Assembly: GCA_963707275.1 (NCBI GenBank)
Contig: CAVPPH010000009.1
Coordinates: 31,432 to 95,431, forward strand
DNA: 64,000 nt
DNA from: an uncultured Chloroflexia bacterium
GTDB lineage: Bacteria > Chloroflexota > Anaerolineae > JAAEKA01
Direction: 5' to 3'
How positions within the stretch are numbered: the stretch's first letter is position 1; every line of letters begins with the position of its first letter. The notes under the pieces were generated by a model. That model made no database searches and was not told the DNA's origin. It saw only the letters and a list, made by a program, of their open reading frames with translations. Both the position numbers and the translations under genes were made by a program. Shown here in pieces: positions 1-9,432 of the stretch.

Positions 1-38
1 ACGCCCGCTCCGTAAAACCAGGTGAGGTAGCGGGGTGA

Positions 39-290
39 TCAGGCTTTCGCCCCGTGTGAAGCCAGGAAATTGACGGCTTCTCCGACAGTCGTGATCTTCT
101 GTGCCTCTTCGTCGGAGATTTCTCCGCCGAACTCTTCCTCGAAGGCCATGATCAGTTCGACGAGGTCGAGCGAGTTGGCGTCGAGGTCATCGCGAAAGCT
201 GGCATCCATGGTCACCTTGTCTTCGTCACAGCCAAGCTGCTCGACAATGATTCCTTTTACCTTCTCGAAAATAGCGTCTTGATTCGACAT
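39..290 (-). CDS. acpP: acyl carrier protein
   Basis: 83-aa acidic protein with [21 protein letters not shown] (phosphopantetheine Ser motif, normally DSL) and a C-terminal ITTVGEAV. Confidence 0.95.
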   Translation of the reverse strand: MSNQDAIFEKVKGIIVEQLGCDEDKVTMDASFRDDLDANSLDLVELIMAFEEEFGGEISDEEAQKITTVGEAVNFLASHGAKA

Positions 291-331
291 GGGTGTTGTA
301 TTCCTCTCTTTGTTGGTTGAACGTTCGGGAT

Positions 332-360
332 ATTCTAGCAGGGCTGCTGTACTCTGTCAA
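332..360 (-). promoter_or_regulatory. sigma70-type promoter for acpP
   Basis: Minus strand TTGACA-17 nt-TAGAAT about 40 nt upstream of the acpP start. Confidence 0.75.
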
Positions 361-410
361 TTTGGCCCGGTCAGCGATTGCCGGCTTGGCGCAGTGAAAC
401 CATCAACCAT

Positions 411-439
411 TTGACAACGCCAATTCACACTGGTACACT
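411..439 (+). promoter_or_regulatory. sigma70-type promoter for the fni-polyprenyl synthase unit
   Basis: TTGACA-17 nt-TACACT, divergent from the acpP promoter. Confidence 0.7.
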
Positions 440-506
440 GCCTGCGGCTGCTAGCGATCCGGTGTTTTGAACACCGGCAGACGATCAAAGTTACGGAGAA
501 GCACGG

Positions 507-1535
507 GTGGATCACAAAGCCCGCAAAGCCGACCACATTCGCATCAACCTCGAAGAGAACGTCCAGTTTCCGCGCCTGTCAACCGGGCTGGAACGGTTTC
601 GCTTTGTCCACGAGGCGCTGCCCGAACTGGACATGACGCGGATCGATCTGTCGGTCGAGCTGTTCGGCCACGCCGTGCGTGCGCCGCTGCTCATTTCTTC
701 CATGACCGGCGGCACCGAGGCGGCTGAGCGCATCAACCGCAACCTGGCCATCGGTGCGCAGGCGCGCGGCATCGCGATGGGCGTCGGGTCGCAGCGCACC
801 GGCCTGGAAGTCGGCGAGACGGCCTACTCGTTCCGAGTGCGCCAGGAAGCGCCCGACATCCTGCTCTTCGCCAATCTCGGCGCGGCGCAGCTCAACAAGG
901 GCTACACCGTGGACCATTGCCGCCGCGCGGTCGAGATGATCGAGGCCGACGCGCTGATTCTGCATCTCAACCCGTTGCAGGAAGCGGTGCAGGCCGACGG
1001 CGACTGGAACTGGGCTGGCTTGCTGGGCAAGATCGGGCAGGTCTGCGCGTCGGTTGGGGTTCCCGTGGTCGCCAAGGAGGTGGGCTGGGGCATCAACGGC
1101 CGGCTGGCGCGCCGGCTGGCTGATGTCGGCGTCGCGGCCATCGACGTCGCCGGGTCGGGCGGCACCAGTTGGACCGAGGTCGAGTATCACCGTGCGCCCA
1201 GCGAGAGGCTGCGGCGCATCGCCCGCACCTTCGCCGACTGGGGCATTCCTACCGCCGACAGCTTGATCCAGGTCCGCCAGGCCGCGCCCGAACTGCCCGC
1301 CATCGCCAGCGGCGGCATCCGCGACGGCATCGACGTCGCGAAGTGCGTCGCGCTGGGCGCGATGCTGGTCGGCCTGGCATCGCCCTTCCTGCGCGCCGCC
1401 ACCGTCTCCGACGAAGCCGTGGTGGACGCCATCGACCTTCTGGCCGACGAATTGCGCATCGCCATGTTCTGCACCGGCGCGGGCGACGTGACTGCGCTGC
1501 GCGAGCCGGGGAGGCTGGTAATCAGTGACCAGTGA
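507..1535 (+). CDS. fni: type 2 isopentenyl-diphosphate delta-isomerase (FMN-dependent)
   Basis: RKADHI N-terminus, [37 protein letters not shown] and ASGGIRDG motifs. Confidence 0.95.
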   Translation: MDHKARKADHIRINLEENVQFPRLSTGLERFRFVHEALPELDMTRIDLSVELFGHAVRAPLLISSMTGGTEAAERINRNLAIGAQARGIAMGVGSQRTGLEVGETAYSFRVRQEAPDILLFANLGAAQLNKGYTVDHCRRAVEMIEADALILHLNPLQEAVQADGDWNWAGLLGKIGQVCASVGVPVVAKEVGWGINGRLARRLADVGVAAIDVAGSGGTSWTEVEYHRAPSERLRRIARTFADWGIPTADSLIQVRQAAPELPAIASGGIRDGIDVAKCVALGAMLVGLASPFLRAATVSDEAVVDAIDLLADELRIAMFCTGAGDVTALREPGRLVISDQ

Positions 1536-1564
1536 CCAGTGATCGCTAAACGGTGATCGGTTTT
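1516..1564. repeat. heptamer tandem repeat tract (STRR-like)
   Basis: tggtaat cagtgac cagtgac cagtgat cgctaaa cggtgat cggtttt, overlapping the fni stop. Confidence 0.7.
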
Positions 1565-1589
1565 CGGGAACCTGTTTCCGGTGATCCCA

Positions 1590-1636
1590 ACCTCCCGCCC
1601 GTTTTCCCTGCTTTCCCTTCTTTCCCTTCCCATTCC
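1590..1636. repeat. 9-mer polypyrimidine repeat (NNTTTCCCT)
   Basis: gttttccct gctttccct tctttccct; same unit as the hemW insertion at 3561-3688. Confidence 0.6.
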
Positions 1637-2669
1637 ATGATCAACGACATCTTCGCCCGTCTTCTCCCCCTGATCGACGCCGAAATGCGCCGGGTGCTCG
1701 GCAACGACGACCCGATCTACGCCGGACACTACGGCATGTTGCGCTACCACATGGGCTGGGTGGACGAGCTGTTCCAGCCCGCGGTGGTCAACAGCGGCAA
1801 GCGTATCCGTCCCGTGCTGTGCCTGCTGGCCTGCCAGGCCGCCGGCGCGCCGGTTGGAGCGGGCACTGCCCGCCGCGGCCGCGCTGGAACTGCTGCACAA
1901 CTTCTCGCTGATCCACGACGACATCGAGGACGACAGCCCGACCCGACGCCACCGACCCACCGTCTGGGCGCTGTGGGGCCGTCCGCAGGCCATCAACGCC
2001 GGCGACGCCATGTTCAGCCTGGCGCGCAGCGCGCTTTACCGACTGGCGGAGCAGGGCGTCTCGGCCCAGCGCAGTCTGGACGCGTTGCGCATCTTCGACG
2101 AAACCTGTGTGCGGCTGACCGAGGGGCAGTATCTCGACATGTCGTTCGAGGGGCGGCTGGATGTCAGCGTGGACGAGTACCTGACCATGATCGGCGGCAA
2201 GACGGCCGCGCTGATCGGCGCCAGCCTGGAGATGGGCGCGCTGGTGGGCGGCGCGAGTCCTGAGGCGCGCGCCGCGCTGGCCGAGTTTGGCCGCAACCTG
2301 GGGCTGGCCTTCCAGATCCAGGACGACATCCTGGGCATCTGGGGCGACGAGGCGGTCACCGGCAAGTCGGCCGCCAGCGACATCCTGACGCGCAAGAAGT
2401 CGCTGCCGGTGGTCTACGCGCTGGCTGATGCACGTGTCGGCGAGGCGCTACAGGCGATCTACGCCCAGCCCATCGACGCGGGCGGTGTTCCCGCCGTGCT
2501 CGATCTGCTGGCCGACGCCGGCGCGCAGCCATACGCTGGCGCCGCTGCCCAGTCAGCCCATCAACACGCGCTGGAAGCCCTCGACGCCAGCGGCGTGCTC
2601 GAAAACGGCAACCAGGCAGGCCAGGCGCTCTTCGATCTTTCCCAATCCCTTCTCAATCGCAGCAACTGA
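1637..2669 (+). CDS. polyprenyl diphosphate synthase (GGPP synthase-like); one frameshift near 1855
   Basis: GKRIRP in the first frame; [14 protein letters not shown] (FARM), GQYLD, KTAAL and FQIQDDILG (SARM) in the second frame. Confidence 0.9.
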
Positions 2670-2845
2670 TTGGGGCACCAGTAGCGCGTGGCATTCGCAT
2701 CCATTGCAAAGCACGCGGCAACAGATAGATATGCTGCTGCGGCCGGTCGCCCGACAGTGCCGCTTTCCTGCAGATGCGCCGTCGCGTACGGAAGCCGTTC
2801 GCACTTGAGACGACCATGTTCGGTACGCACAACCATGGATGAAAA

Positions 2846-3063
2846 TGTCACTGCGAGGCGGCGGCCGCCGAAGCAGTCTCTCCGGCTTGGCAGAGAGATT
2901 GCTTGGCTGCCACGGCTGCCTAGAAACTCTCCCGGAATGATCCTTCGCAGACGGTTCGAGATTGTGTCGGTCGTGTGCTCGATCCGCTCAGGTTGACAGC
3001 GACGGTGACGGAGTTTCTCGCCAGACGCATGCCGCTGCGCGGCATCGGAAACTCGCAATGACG
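2846..3063. repeat. GTCACTGCGAG...CTCGCAATGAC REP/MITE-like element with nested insert
   Basis: Terminal IR tgtcactgcgag/ctcgcaatgacg with internal gaagcagtctct...gagagattgctt. A related copy lies at 48095-48213. Confidence 0.65.
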
Positions 3064-3110
3064 GGCTATTTTGGGGTCAGATGTGAACTCCGCGAAGCGC
3101 TGGTACATTG

Positions 3111-4410
3111 TCACGGCAAGAAGCGGGCGAAAACCTGGTCGCCCAGCAGGCGGGCACGCCTGGTCAGGCGGACGCGGTCGGGCAGGCGCTCCAGCAGGCC
3201 GAGGCGTTCCAGGTCGGCGATCTCGTCGCCGAACACGTCCAGCATTGACTGCTCGTGGCGCTGCTGGAAACGCTGGAAGGTCACCCCTTCCACCACCAGC
3301 CGCAGCCCCAGCATCATCGTCTCGCCCATGGACAGCCGCTCGTCGATCTGCTCCACGAAATCGGTCCATGGTGTGGTGTGGCTCGGTCTGAGACCGGCCA
3401 CAGCAGTGGAAGGATCGGCCACAGCGGTTGTCACCCGCTCAATGTAGGTCGGCACCGGCTTGATGCCCGCCCAGCGCCGCCCAGCCTGTGACGAATGCGC
3501 CCCCGGCCCGAACCCCAGGTACGCCTCGTTGCGCCAGTAGGTGAGGTTGTGGCGGCAGGCAGAAGAGGGGGGAGAGGGAAAGGAGGGAAAAAAAGGAAAA
3601 GAAGGAAACTGTGAGCCTTCATTTCCCGTTTTTCCTTTCTTTCCCTGCTTTCCCTCATTTTCCTTGTTTCCCTCCTTTTCCTTCCCCCAATTACTGATCT
3701 CATACTGCACATACCCCGCGTCTTCCAGAACCTCGTCCGCCGCCTCGTACATGTCGGCGGCCAGGTCGGGGTCGGGGGTGCCGATGCGGCCGGCGGCGGC
3801 CCAGTCGGCGAAGGGGGTGCCCTCCTCGATGGTCAGCGAGTAGAGGGAGATGTGTTCGGGAGCCAGGCTGACGGCGCGCTGCAAGCGTGCGCCGCCATGT
3901 CTCGACCGGCTGGTCTGGCAGGCCGTAGATCAGGTCGAGGTTGATGTTGTCGAAACCGGCCTGGCGCGCTGCTGCGACCGCGATCTCGACGTCGGCCGCG
4001 CCATGGATGCGGCCCAGAAACTGCAATTCGGTCTCGTCGAAGCTCTGCACGCCCATGCTCAGCCGGTTGACGCCCAGCGCACGCAGCGCGGCGAAGCGCG
4101 TCACGTCCACGGTGCCCGGGTTGGCCTCGCTGGTGATCTCGGCGTCGGGGAGGACGTCGAACGCGGCGCGGCAGGCTGCCATGATCTGGCTCAGCAGGTC
4201 CGCGGGCAGCACGGTCGGCGTGCCGCCGCCCAGAAAGATGGTCCTGACGGGTGGATGCCCGTTGACTTCGCCCGCCAGCTCGATCTCCTTGACCAGCGCG
4301 GCGGTGAACGGCTCAAACAGCCGGTTCAGCCCCGCGTAGGTGTTGAAATCGCAATACGGGCATTTGCGCTGGCAGAAGGGGATGTGGATGTAGAGGGAAA
4401 TGGGGGGCAT
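3111..4410 (-). CDS. hemW: radical SAM heme chaperone HemW (HemN-like); frameshift near 3890; two repeat-derived in-frame insertions
   Basis: LYIHIPFCQRKCPYCDFN (CxxxCxxC), IFLGGGTPT, TSEANPG, NRLSMGVQS, HISLYSLTIEEGT, YEISNW...CRHNLTYW, GFGPGAHS. Confidence 0.92.
3561..3688. repeat. purine/pyrimidine 9-mer imperfect palindrome inserted in-frame in hemW
   Basis: A purine arm followed by atttcccgt ttttccttt ctttccctg ctttccctc...; it encodes KEKEGNKENEGKQGKKGK...FPSFPFFPSFPS. Confidence 0.75.
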
Positions 4411-4418
4411 GGTGTGTT

Positions 4419-4492
4419 GTAGGGGCATGAATGACGGCGACAGGAGGGCTGCGTATGATGTGCGGCCACTTCGCCGTCATTCATGCCCCTAC
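4419..4492. repeat. GTAG-type REP element, perfect 22-bp inverted repeat
   Basis: gtaggggcatgaatgacggcga (4419-4440) and tcgccgtcattcatgcccctac (4471-4492). Confidence 0.85.
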
Positions 4493-4497
4493 GGTGG

Positions 4498-5163
4498 TCA
4501 CGGCCCCGGCGCGTTTTCGAAGCGGAAGCCGTGCCCGCGGACGGTGATGATGTACTGATGCAGCGGGTCGCTCTCGGCTAACCGCTCGCGCAGGCGGCGC
4601 ACCAGCGCGTCGATGGCCTGCTCGCTGACGCCCTCTTCCACTGCTTCGGGCCAGACCTGGCGCACGATCTCGTCGCGGCTGACCACGCCGCCCTGCGCGC
4701 CTTTCAGCAGCGCCAGCAGGCGATACTGCGCGGGCGACAGCGGCGGGTCCAGCACCTGTCCCGACACCACCACCTGGCGCGTCTCGTCGTCGATCTGGAG
4801 CCGCTCTGCCACCATAGGCAGGTCGAAGATCAGCGGCGCGGTCTCGCCGGCGTCCACAAAGGCCAGTTTGAAGCGCAGCGCGATCTGGATTTCGTCGCCG
4901 TCGTTGAGCGGGAGCGCCTCAGCCAATTCCTGGCCGTTGAGGTAGGTGCCGTTCTTGCTGAGCAGGTCCTCCACCAGATAGGCGCCGGCCTCGCCGTTCC
5001 AGACGACCTGCGCGTGGTGGCGTGACACCAGCCGGTCGGGCAGGATGATGTCGCAGTCGATGTCCCGGCCGACCACAATGCGGCCGCGGCCCAGCGACCA
5101 TCGACGGCCCGGCTCGTTGCCGCTGGCCTGGAGAATCAACATCGCTTGTTCAGTTTGTGACAT
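4498..5163 (-). CDS. FHA domain plus OmpR-type winged-helix transcriptional regulator
   Basis: FHA motifs [24 protein letters not shown]; C-terminal LSPAQYRLL...[10 protein letters not shown]...[12 protein letters not shown]...ITVRGHGFR. Confidence 0.9.
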   Translation of the reverse strand: MSQTEQAMLILQASGNEPGRRWSLGRGRIVVGRDIDCDIILPDRLVSRHHAQVVWNGEAGAYLVEDLLSKNGTYLNGQELAEALPLNDGDEIQIALRFKLAFVDAGETAPLIFDLPMVAERLQIDDETRQVVVSGQVLDPPLSPAQYRLLALLKGAQGGVVSRDEIVRQVWPEAVEEGVSEQAIDALVRRLRERLAESDPLHQYIITVRGHGFRFENAPGP

Positions 5164-5182
5164 GCCAGAACTTCCACGTTGT

Positions 5183-5211
5183 TTGACAGGTGACGGGTCG
5201 TAAGCCATAAT
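5183..5211 (+). promoter_or_regulatory. sigma70-type promoter for the Ser/Thr kinase
   Basis: TTGACA-17 nt-CATAAT, ending 9 nt before the ATG at 5221. Confidence 0.7.
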
Positions 5212-5220
5212 GGACGCGCA

Positions 5221-6282
5221 ATGCCACTGCCTTTTCAACCAGGAACGGTGCTCCGTTCCCGCTACCGTGTTCTCGAACTGATCGGCCAGGGCGGCATGGG
5301 TGCCGTGTACAAGGCGGAAGACCTGCGCCTGACCGGCCGGTTGTGCGCCGTCAAGGAGATCTTGCCCGATATGGGCGGCCAGCCGGCTGACATCGCCCAG
5401 ATGCAGGATCAATTCTACCGCGAGGCGTCAATTCTGGCCCGGCTGGATCATCCCAGCCTGCCGAAAGTCTCGGACTATTTTACCGAGAATGGGCGCGAAT
5501 TGCTAGTCATGGACTACGTGCCGGGGCGGGATCTCAAGGAACTGGTGGACGAGGCGCGCCGCGATGCTACCTTTCTTGCGGAAGCCGACGTGTTGAACTG
5601 GGCCGGTCAGCTTTGCGACGCGCTGGAGTATCTTCACTCCCAGGACCCGACGGTGTTGCACCGCGACATCAAGCCGTCCAACATCAAGCTGACGCCGCGC
5701 GGGACAATCAAACTGGTCGACTTTGGTCTGGTCAAGGTGGTGGCGGCCGACGAAAGCCGCACCGTCACCGTCGTGCAGGGCCGCGGCACGGTGCAGTACA
5801 CGCCGCTGGAGCAGTACGGCGGCGACACCGGCCACACCGACGCCCGCACCGACATCTACGCGCTGGGCGCGACGCTCTACCACCTGCTGACCGGCGCCTC
5901 GCCGGCTGACGCCAAGCAACGTTTCCTCAAGCCGGGCGCACTAGTACCCATTCGCCAGATCAATCCCGCTGTCTCGCAGCGCACCGAGCGGGCCGTCCTG
6001 CGTGCGATGGCGATGCATCCCGACGAGCGACCGGCCAATGTGGTCGAGGTGCGCAACTCATTGATTGGTACCCGTCCATCGGATGCTTCGGGCGCCGGTA
6101 CGTCTGCCACACCTTACGAACGTTGGATCGAGGCGCTGCGTTCCAACCGCGTCCTGGCCGGCGCTGCGGTGGGACTGATCGTGTTGGCGTTGCTCATCAG
6201 CCTGCTCTCGCCGCGCTTGCCTGCTCAGCCCGGCGAGCTGGGCGCCGCCACTCCAGCCGTCACCTCGCAAACACAGGACTGA
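5221..6282 (+). CDS. Hanks-type Ser/Thr protein kinase with C-terminal TM helix
   Basis: [40 protein letters not shown] motifs; hydrophobic [19 protein letters not shown]. Confidence 0.95.
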   Translation: MPLPFQPGTVLRSRYRVLELIGQGGMGAVYKAEDLRLTGRLCAVKEILPDMGGQPADIAQMQDQFYREASILARLDHPSLPKVSDYFTENGRELLVMDYVPGRDLKELVDEARRDATFLAEADVLNWAGQLCDALEYLHSQDPTVLHRDIKPSNIKLTPRGTIKLVDFGLVKVVAADESRTVTVVQGRGTVQYTPLEQYGGDTGHTDARTDIYALGATLYHLLTGASPADAKQRFLKPGALVPIRQINPAVSQRTERAVLRAMAMHPDERPANVVEVRNSLIGTRPSDASGAGTSATPYERWIEALRSNRVLAGAAVGLIVLALLISLLSPRLPAQPGELGAATPAVTSQTQD

Positions 6283-9216
6283 TCACTCGTGCTCGCGGCT
6301 GTCGGCGTACTGTTTGGCCCACAGCGCCAGCAGGGCCAGCCCGCTGCCCACCAGCGTGATTATCGCCGCGCCCCAGGGACGCAGTTCCCGCTGTAGAATA
6401 TCCGCCCCCGGCACCAGACCCAACGCATACAACAGATAGGCGACCAGCCCGCCGATGGCAACGGACAGCACGACCTGCATCGATGTGCTTGGCGCCGAGA
6501 CGCTGGCGCGGTAGAGCAGCAGGCCGATAGCGGCCGCCAGGATGATGGCCAGCAGCGACACGCTGAACGCGCCGCCATCGACCCGGCGCGGCGGCAGGGG
6601 CGGAACGGGCGTCGGCTCCGGCGTCGGCTCCGGCGTGACCTGCGGCGTGGCCGAGGGCGACGGCGTAAAGGTAGGCGTGGGCGTTTCGGTGGGCAGGGGC
6701 GAGGCTGTGGCGGTCGGCGTCGCGACGGCTACCTGCGCTTCACCGCCGGCCAGGTCGACGATGTTGAGCAGCAGGCTGAGCGAGCCCTGTGCCTGTCCGC
6801 TCTGCACCTGCACCTCATAGTCGCCCGGCCGCTCCAGCGTCACCAGCGACTCGGCGAACCCGTCTGTTGTGCCTGCCTCGCCCAGCGGCAGCTCGAATGG
6901 GTCGTTGCGCTGCTTCAGCTTGAAGCTGGCCATGGTACCGTCGGGCACGATGCGTCCGTTGCCGTCGTAGATCGGCCCGGCCACCACCCGCAGCGTGTCA
7001 CCGACCTTGGCCGTGAAGGTGTTGCTGCCCATCTCGACGCGCACGTCCGGCACGCGGATCTCGATGGATTGGTTGGCCGCCGGCCGCAGCTTGTCAGCTA
7101 GCGAATAGTTGATGCCGGTCACGTTGACGGGCGGCGCGCCCGGCGGGGTGAACTCGCGGAACAGCGCACGCGTGGCAGCCTCGAGAAACGGCTCCGTCTT
7201 GCCGTAGACGCCAAAGAACGCTGTCAGCTTGGCAATGTCGGTCGCGTCCAGGAAATAGGGCGCGTTGAAGGCAAAGGCGACGATCCGTTTGCGCTCGCGG
7301 CCCGCCGGCCGCTCGGTGAGATACTCGCGCAGCGCGTTGGCGCCCGGCACGGTCGGGTCGTTGTCCAGCGTGGCGAAGACCATCCAGTTGGCCTCGTCGA
7401 TCAGGCGGTCGATCTCCTCGCCTGCTACGCCTGTCGGCTGGCCCGCCAGGTGCGCGCTGAGTTCCTGCGTCGACAGGCTGGCGATGTTATCGGGCGAGAT
7501 CTGGCCGGTCGCGCCCGGCCCGTAGAGCCGCAGGATGCTCTGCTCGAGGGCTGTCGGGTCGATCAGTGGAAACGAGGGGCAGTCCTCCGCGTTGCATTCC
7601 CGTCCCAGCCGCGCGTCGGTGACCAGCAACACCTTGTCATCCAGACCGGGCCCCGTGGGCATCCGCTGGCCCAGCTCGGCCGGGCTGGGGCTGAGGAGGG
7701 TCAGCCCGTCGCGCGCGATCTGGGCAACCACCGCTTGTTGGTCGCCGATCTCGTCGGCTACTGCGTCGCCCTGCACCAGGGTGTTGACCAGGTCGAGCTC
7801 CGGGTTCAACCGTGCTTTCAATGTCAGGATGCGCAGCACGGCTGCGTCGACTCGGCGGCGGAAGTCGGCATCTGCCCCATATTTCTCGCGGAAGAAGAGC
7901 ACCGTGTCTTTGATGTTGGCCAACTCGGTGTCCGGGTTGTCGTCCAGGCTGAAGCGCGACAACCAGAGCAGATCGTTGCCGGCCAGCAGCGCCTCCTGAG
8001 CGATGCGCTTGGACGGGAAGCTTTGCAGGGTCGGATCGTAGTAGCGGCGAATGGCAGGTGCACCGAGTTCGTCGCTCATCACCAGCCCCTGCATGGCGCG
8101 CCATTCGGCGAAAGCCGGGCCGTTGAGCAGGTCCTCGCCCAGTTGCGGCGCCAGGCTGATGGGCGGCACTCCCTCGCCGCTGCCTTGCAGCCCTGCGTAG
8201 CGGACGTGCGTGCTCAGCAGTGCGTCGGTGACCGCGGATGCCTGCGCGTCGGTGACCGCGGCTGTGCTGATCAGGTCGCCCAGCGTGCCGGGTCGGGCAG
8301 CGGCGGCAAAGGGTTGGAGATCGACCAACCGCAGCTCCTCGGCGGTCTTCTGGATGGTCGGGACCTCGGTTTCAGGGATGCGGTCGGCGCTGCCCTGGCC
8401 GGGGAAGTGGCGAGCGACGACCGTCACCTGGCCGTCGGAACCGGCGTGGACGCCGCCGATGAACGCCTTGCCCAGCCGGCCTACCCAGTACGGACTGCCG
8501 CCGAAGGAACGCACGCCGAGGCTGGTCTGCGGGTCGGGCCGCGGCGCATCCAGCACGTCCAGCGCCGGTCCCAGTAGCATGTTGACGCCGCTCAACGCCA
8601 GTTCAGCGCCGACAATGCGGCCGGCCGCGGCGGCATCGACCGGGTTCCAGGTTGCGCCCAGCGCCATGTTGCTGGGCAGGGGGGTGTAGCCGCTGCGCAG
8701 CGCGCTGTTGGGAAAGCCGTCGCCCTCCTGTTGCACGCCGATCAGCAGTGGCAGAGTGACGCTGCGTCCGTTTGGCAGCGGCAGCGGGCGGATGTCAGTG
8801 GTGGCCGGGTTGAGCGCCGCTGCGGCCGGCAGGCTGCCGTCAAAGGCCAGCGCTTGCAGGCGGTTGGTCATGCTGATGACTTGTTGAGGGGTGTTGGCCG
8901 GCGATCCGTCGGCGTTCAGGTTGCGGAAGTTCCCGTTCGCGCTGTCCAGCACCACGCCGCCGATGCGGTAGTCGCGGATCAGCTCGGCAATCGCGGAGTC
9001 GGATGCAGGATCGTTGCCGTTGAAGGATACGACGAAAAGCTGGCCGACGCGATCGGCGACCGACATCGCGTCAAAGACCGCCTGGACATCGACGGTGTCT
9101 TCCTGGGCGTAACTGCCGGCTGGCAGAAACGTTGTGAGCAGCACTGCCAGCAAGGAAACCAGAAGCAGCGCTTGTTTACGTACTGTGGAGGGCGAAGGCT
9201 TTCGATGCTGCGTCAT
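6283..9216 (-). CDS. secreted, C-terminally membrane-anchored glycoside hydrolase family 3 (NagZ-like) protein
   Basis: Signal peptide, VGQLFVV, IGGVVL, GVQQEG, GVNMLLGPALDV, RSFG, RHFPGQG, MSDEL; then an Ig-like region, a PT linker and about 3 TM helices. Confidence 0.88.
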   Translation of the reverse strand: MTQHRKPSPSTVRKQALLLVSLLAVLLTTFLPAGSYAQEDTVDVQAVFDAMSVADRVGQLFVVSFNGNDPASDSAIAELIRDYRIGGVVLDSANGNFRNLNADGSPANTPQQVISMTNRLQALAFDGSLPAAAALNPATTDIRPLPLPNGRSVTLPLLIGVQQEGDGFPNSALRSGYTPLPSNMALGATWNPVDAAAAGRIVGAELALSGVNMLLGPALDVLDAPRPDPQTSLGVRSFGGSPYWVGRLGKAFIGGVHAGSDGQVTVVARHFPGQGSADRIPETEVPTIQKTAEELRLVDLQPFAAAARPGTLGDLISTAAVTDAQASAVTDALLSTHVRYAGLQGSGEGVPPISLAPQLGEDLLNGPAFAEWRAMQGLVMSDELGAPAIRRYYDPTLQSFPSKRIAQEALLAGNDLLWLSRFSLDDNPDTELANIKDTVLFFREKYGADADFRRRVDAAVLRILTLKARLNPELDLVNTLVQGDAVADEIGDQQAVVAQIARDGLTLLSPSPAELGQRMPTGPGLDDKVLLVTDARLGRECNAEDCPSFPLIDPTALEQSILRLYGPGATGQISPDNIASLSTQELSAHLAGQPTGVAGEEIDRLIDEANWMVFATLDNDPTVPGANALREYLTERPAGRERKRIVAFAFNAPYFLDATDIAKLTAFFGVYGKTEPFLEAATRALFREFTPPGAPPVNVTGINYSLADKLRPAANQSIEIRVPDVRVEMGSNTFTAKVGDTLRVVAGPIYDGNGRIVPDGTMASFKLKQRNDPFELPLGEAGTTDGFAESLVTLERPGDYEVQVQSGQAQGSLSLLLNIVDLAGGEAQVAVATPTATASPLPTETPTPTFTPSPSATPQVTPEPTPEPTPVPPLPPRRVDGGAFSVSLLAIILAAAIGLLLYRASVSAPSTSMQVVLSVAIGGLVAYLLYALGLVPGADILQRELRPWGAAIITLVGSGLALLALWAKQYADSREHE

Positions 9217-9296
9217 TGGTGAGGAAGTATACCGTCCTGACCGCCGACGCGTCAAGGCTAGCGGGCGATTGGCCGGGTTTCTCACCAGAGCGACTA

Positions 9297-9325
9297 TTGG
9301 CGTGGTCTTGCCTGTGGCGTATAAT
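9297..9325 (+). promoter_or_regulatory. possible sigma70 promoter for the 9433 lipoprotein
   Basis: TTGGCG-17 nt-TATAAT. Confidence 0.5.
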
Positions 9326-9432
9326 GTCGTGCCGGAGCCATATCGGTGGCGTTAACCTCTGGCAATCATTCACTTTACAGGCCGAAGCTCCGCGCAATCA
9401 GTTGGTGCGGATGGGCTTGAGGAGACTTTGCA

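Noticed and set aside
7450-8577. Long antisense ORFs (also 9734-10801, 36438-37499, 38648-39607, 48955-49938)
   Set aside because: They are shadows of real genes caused by high-GC codon bias; no motifs or RBS.
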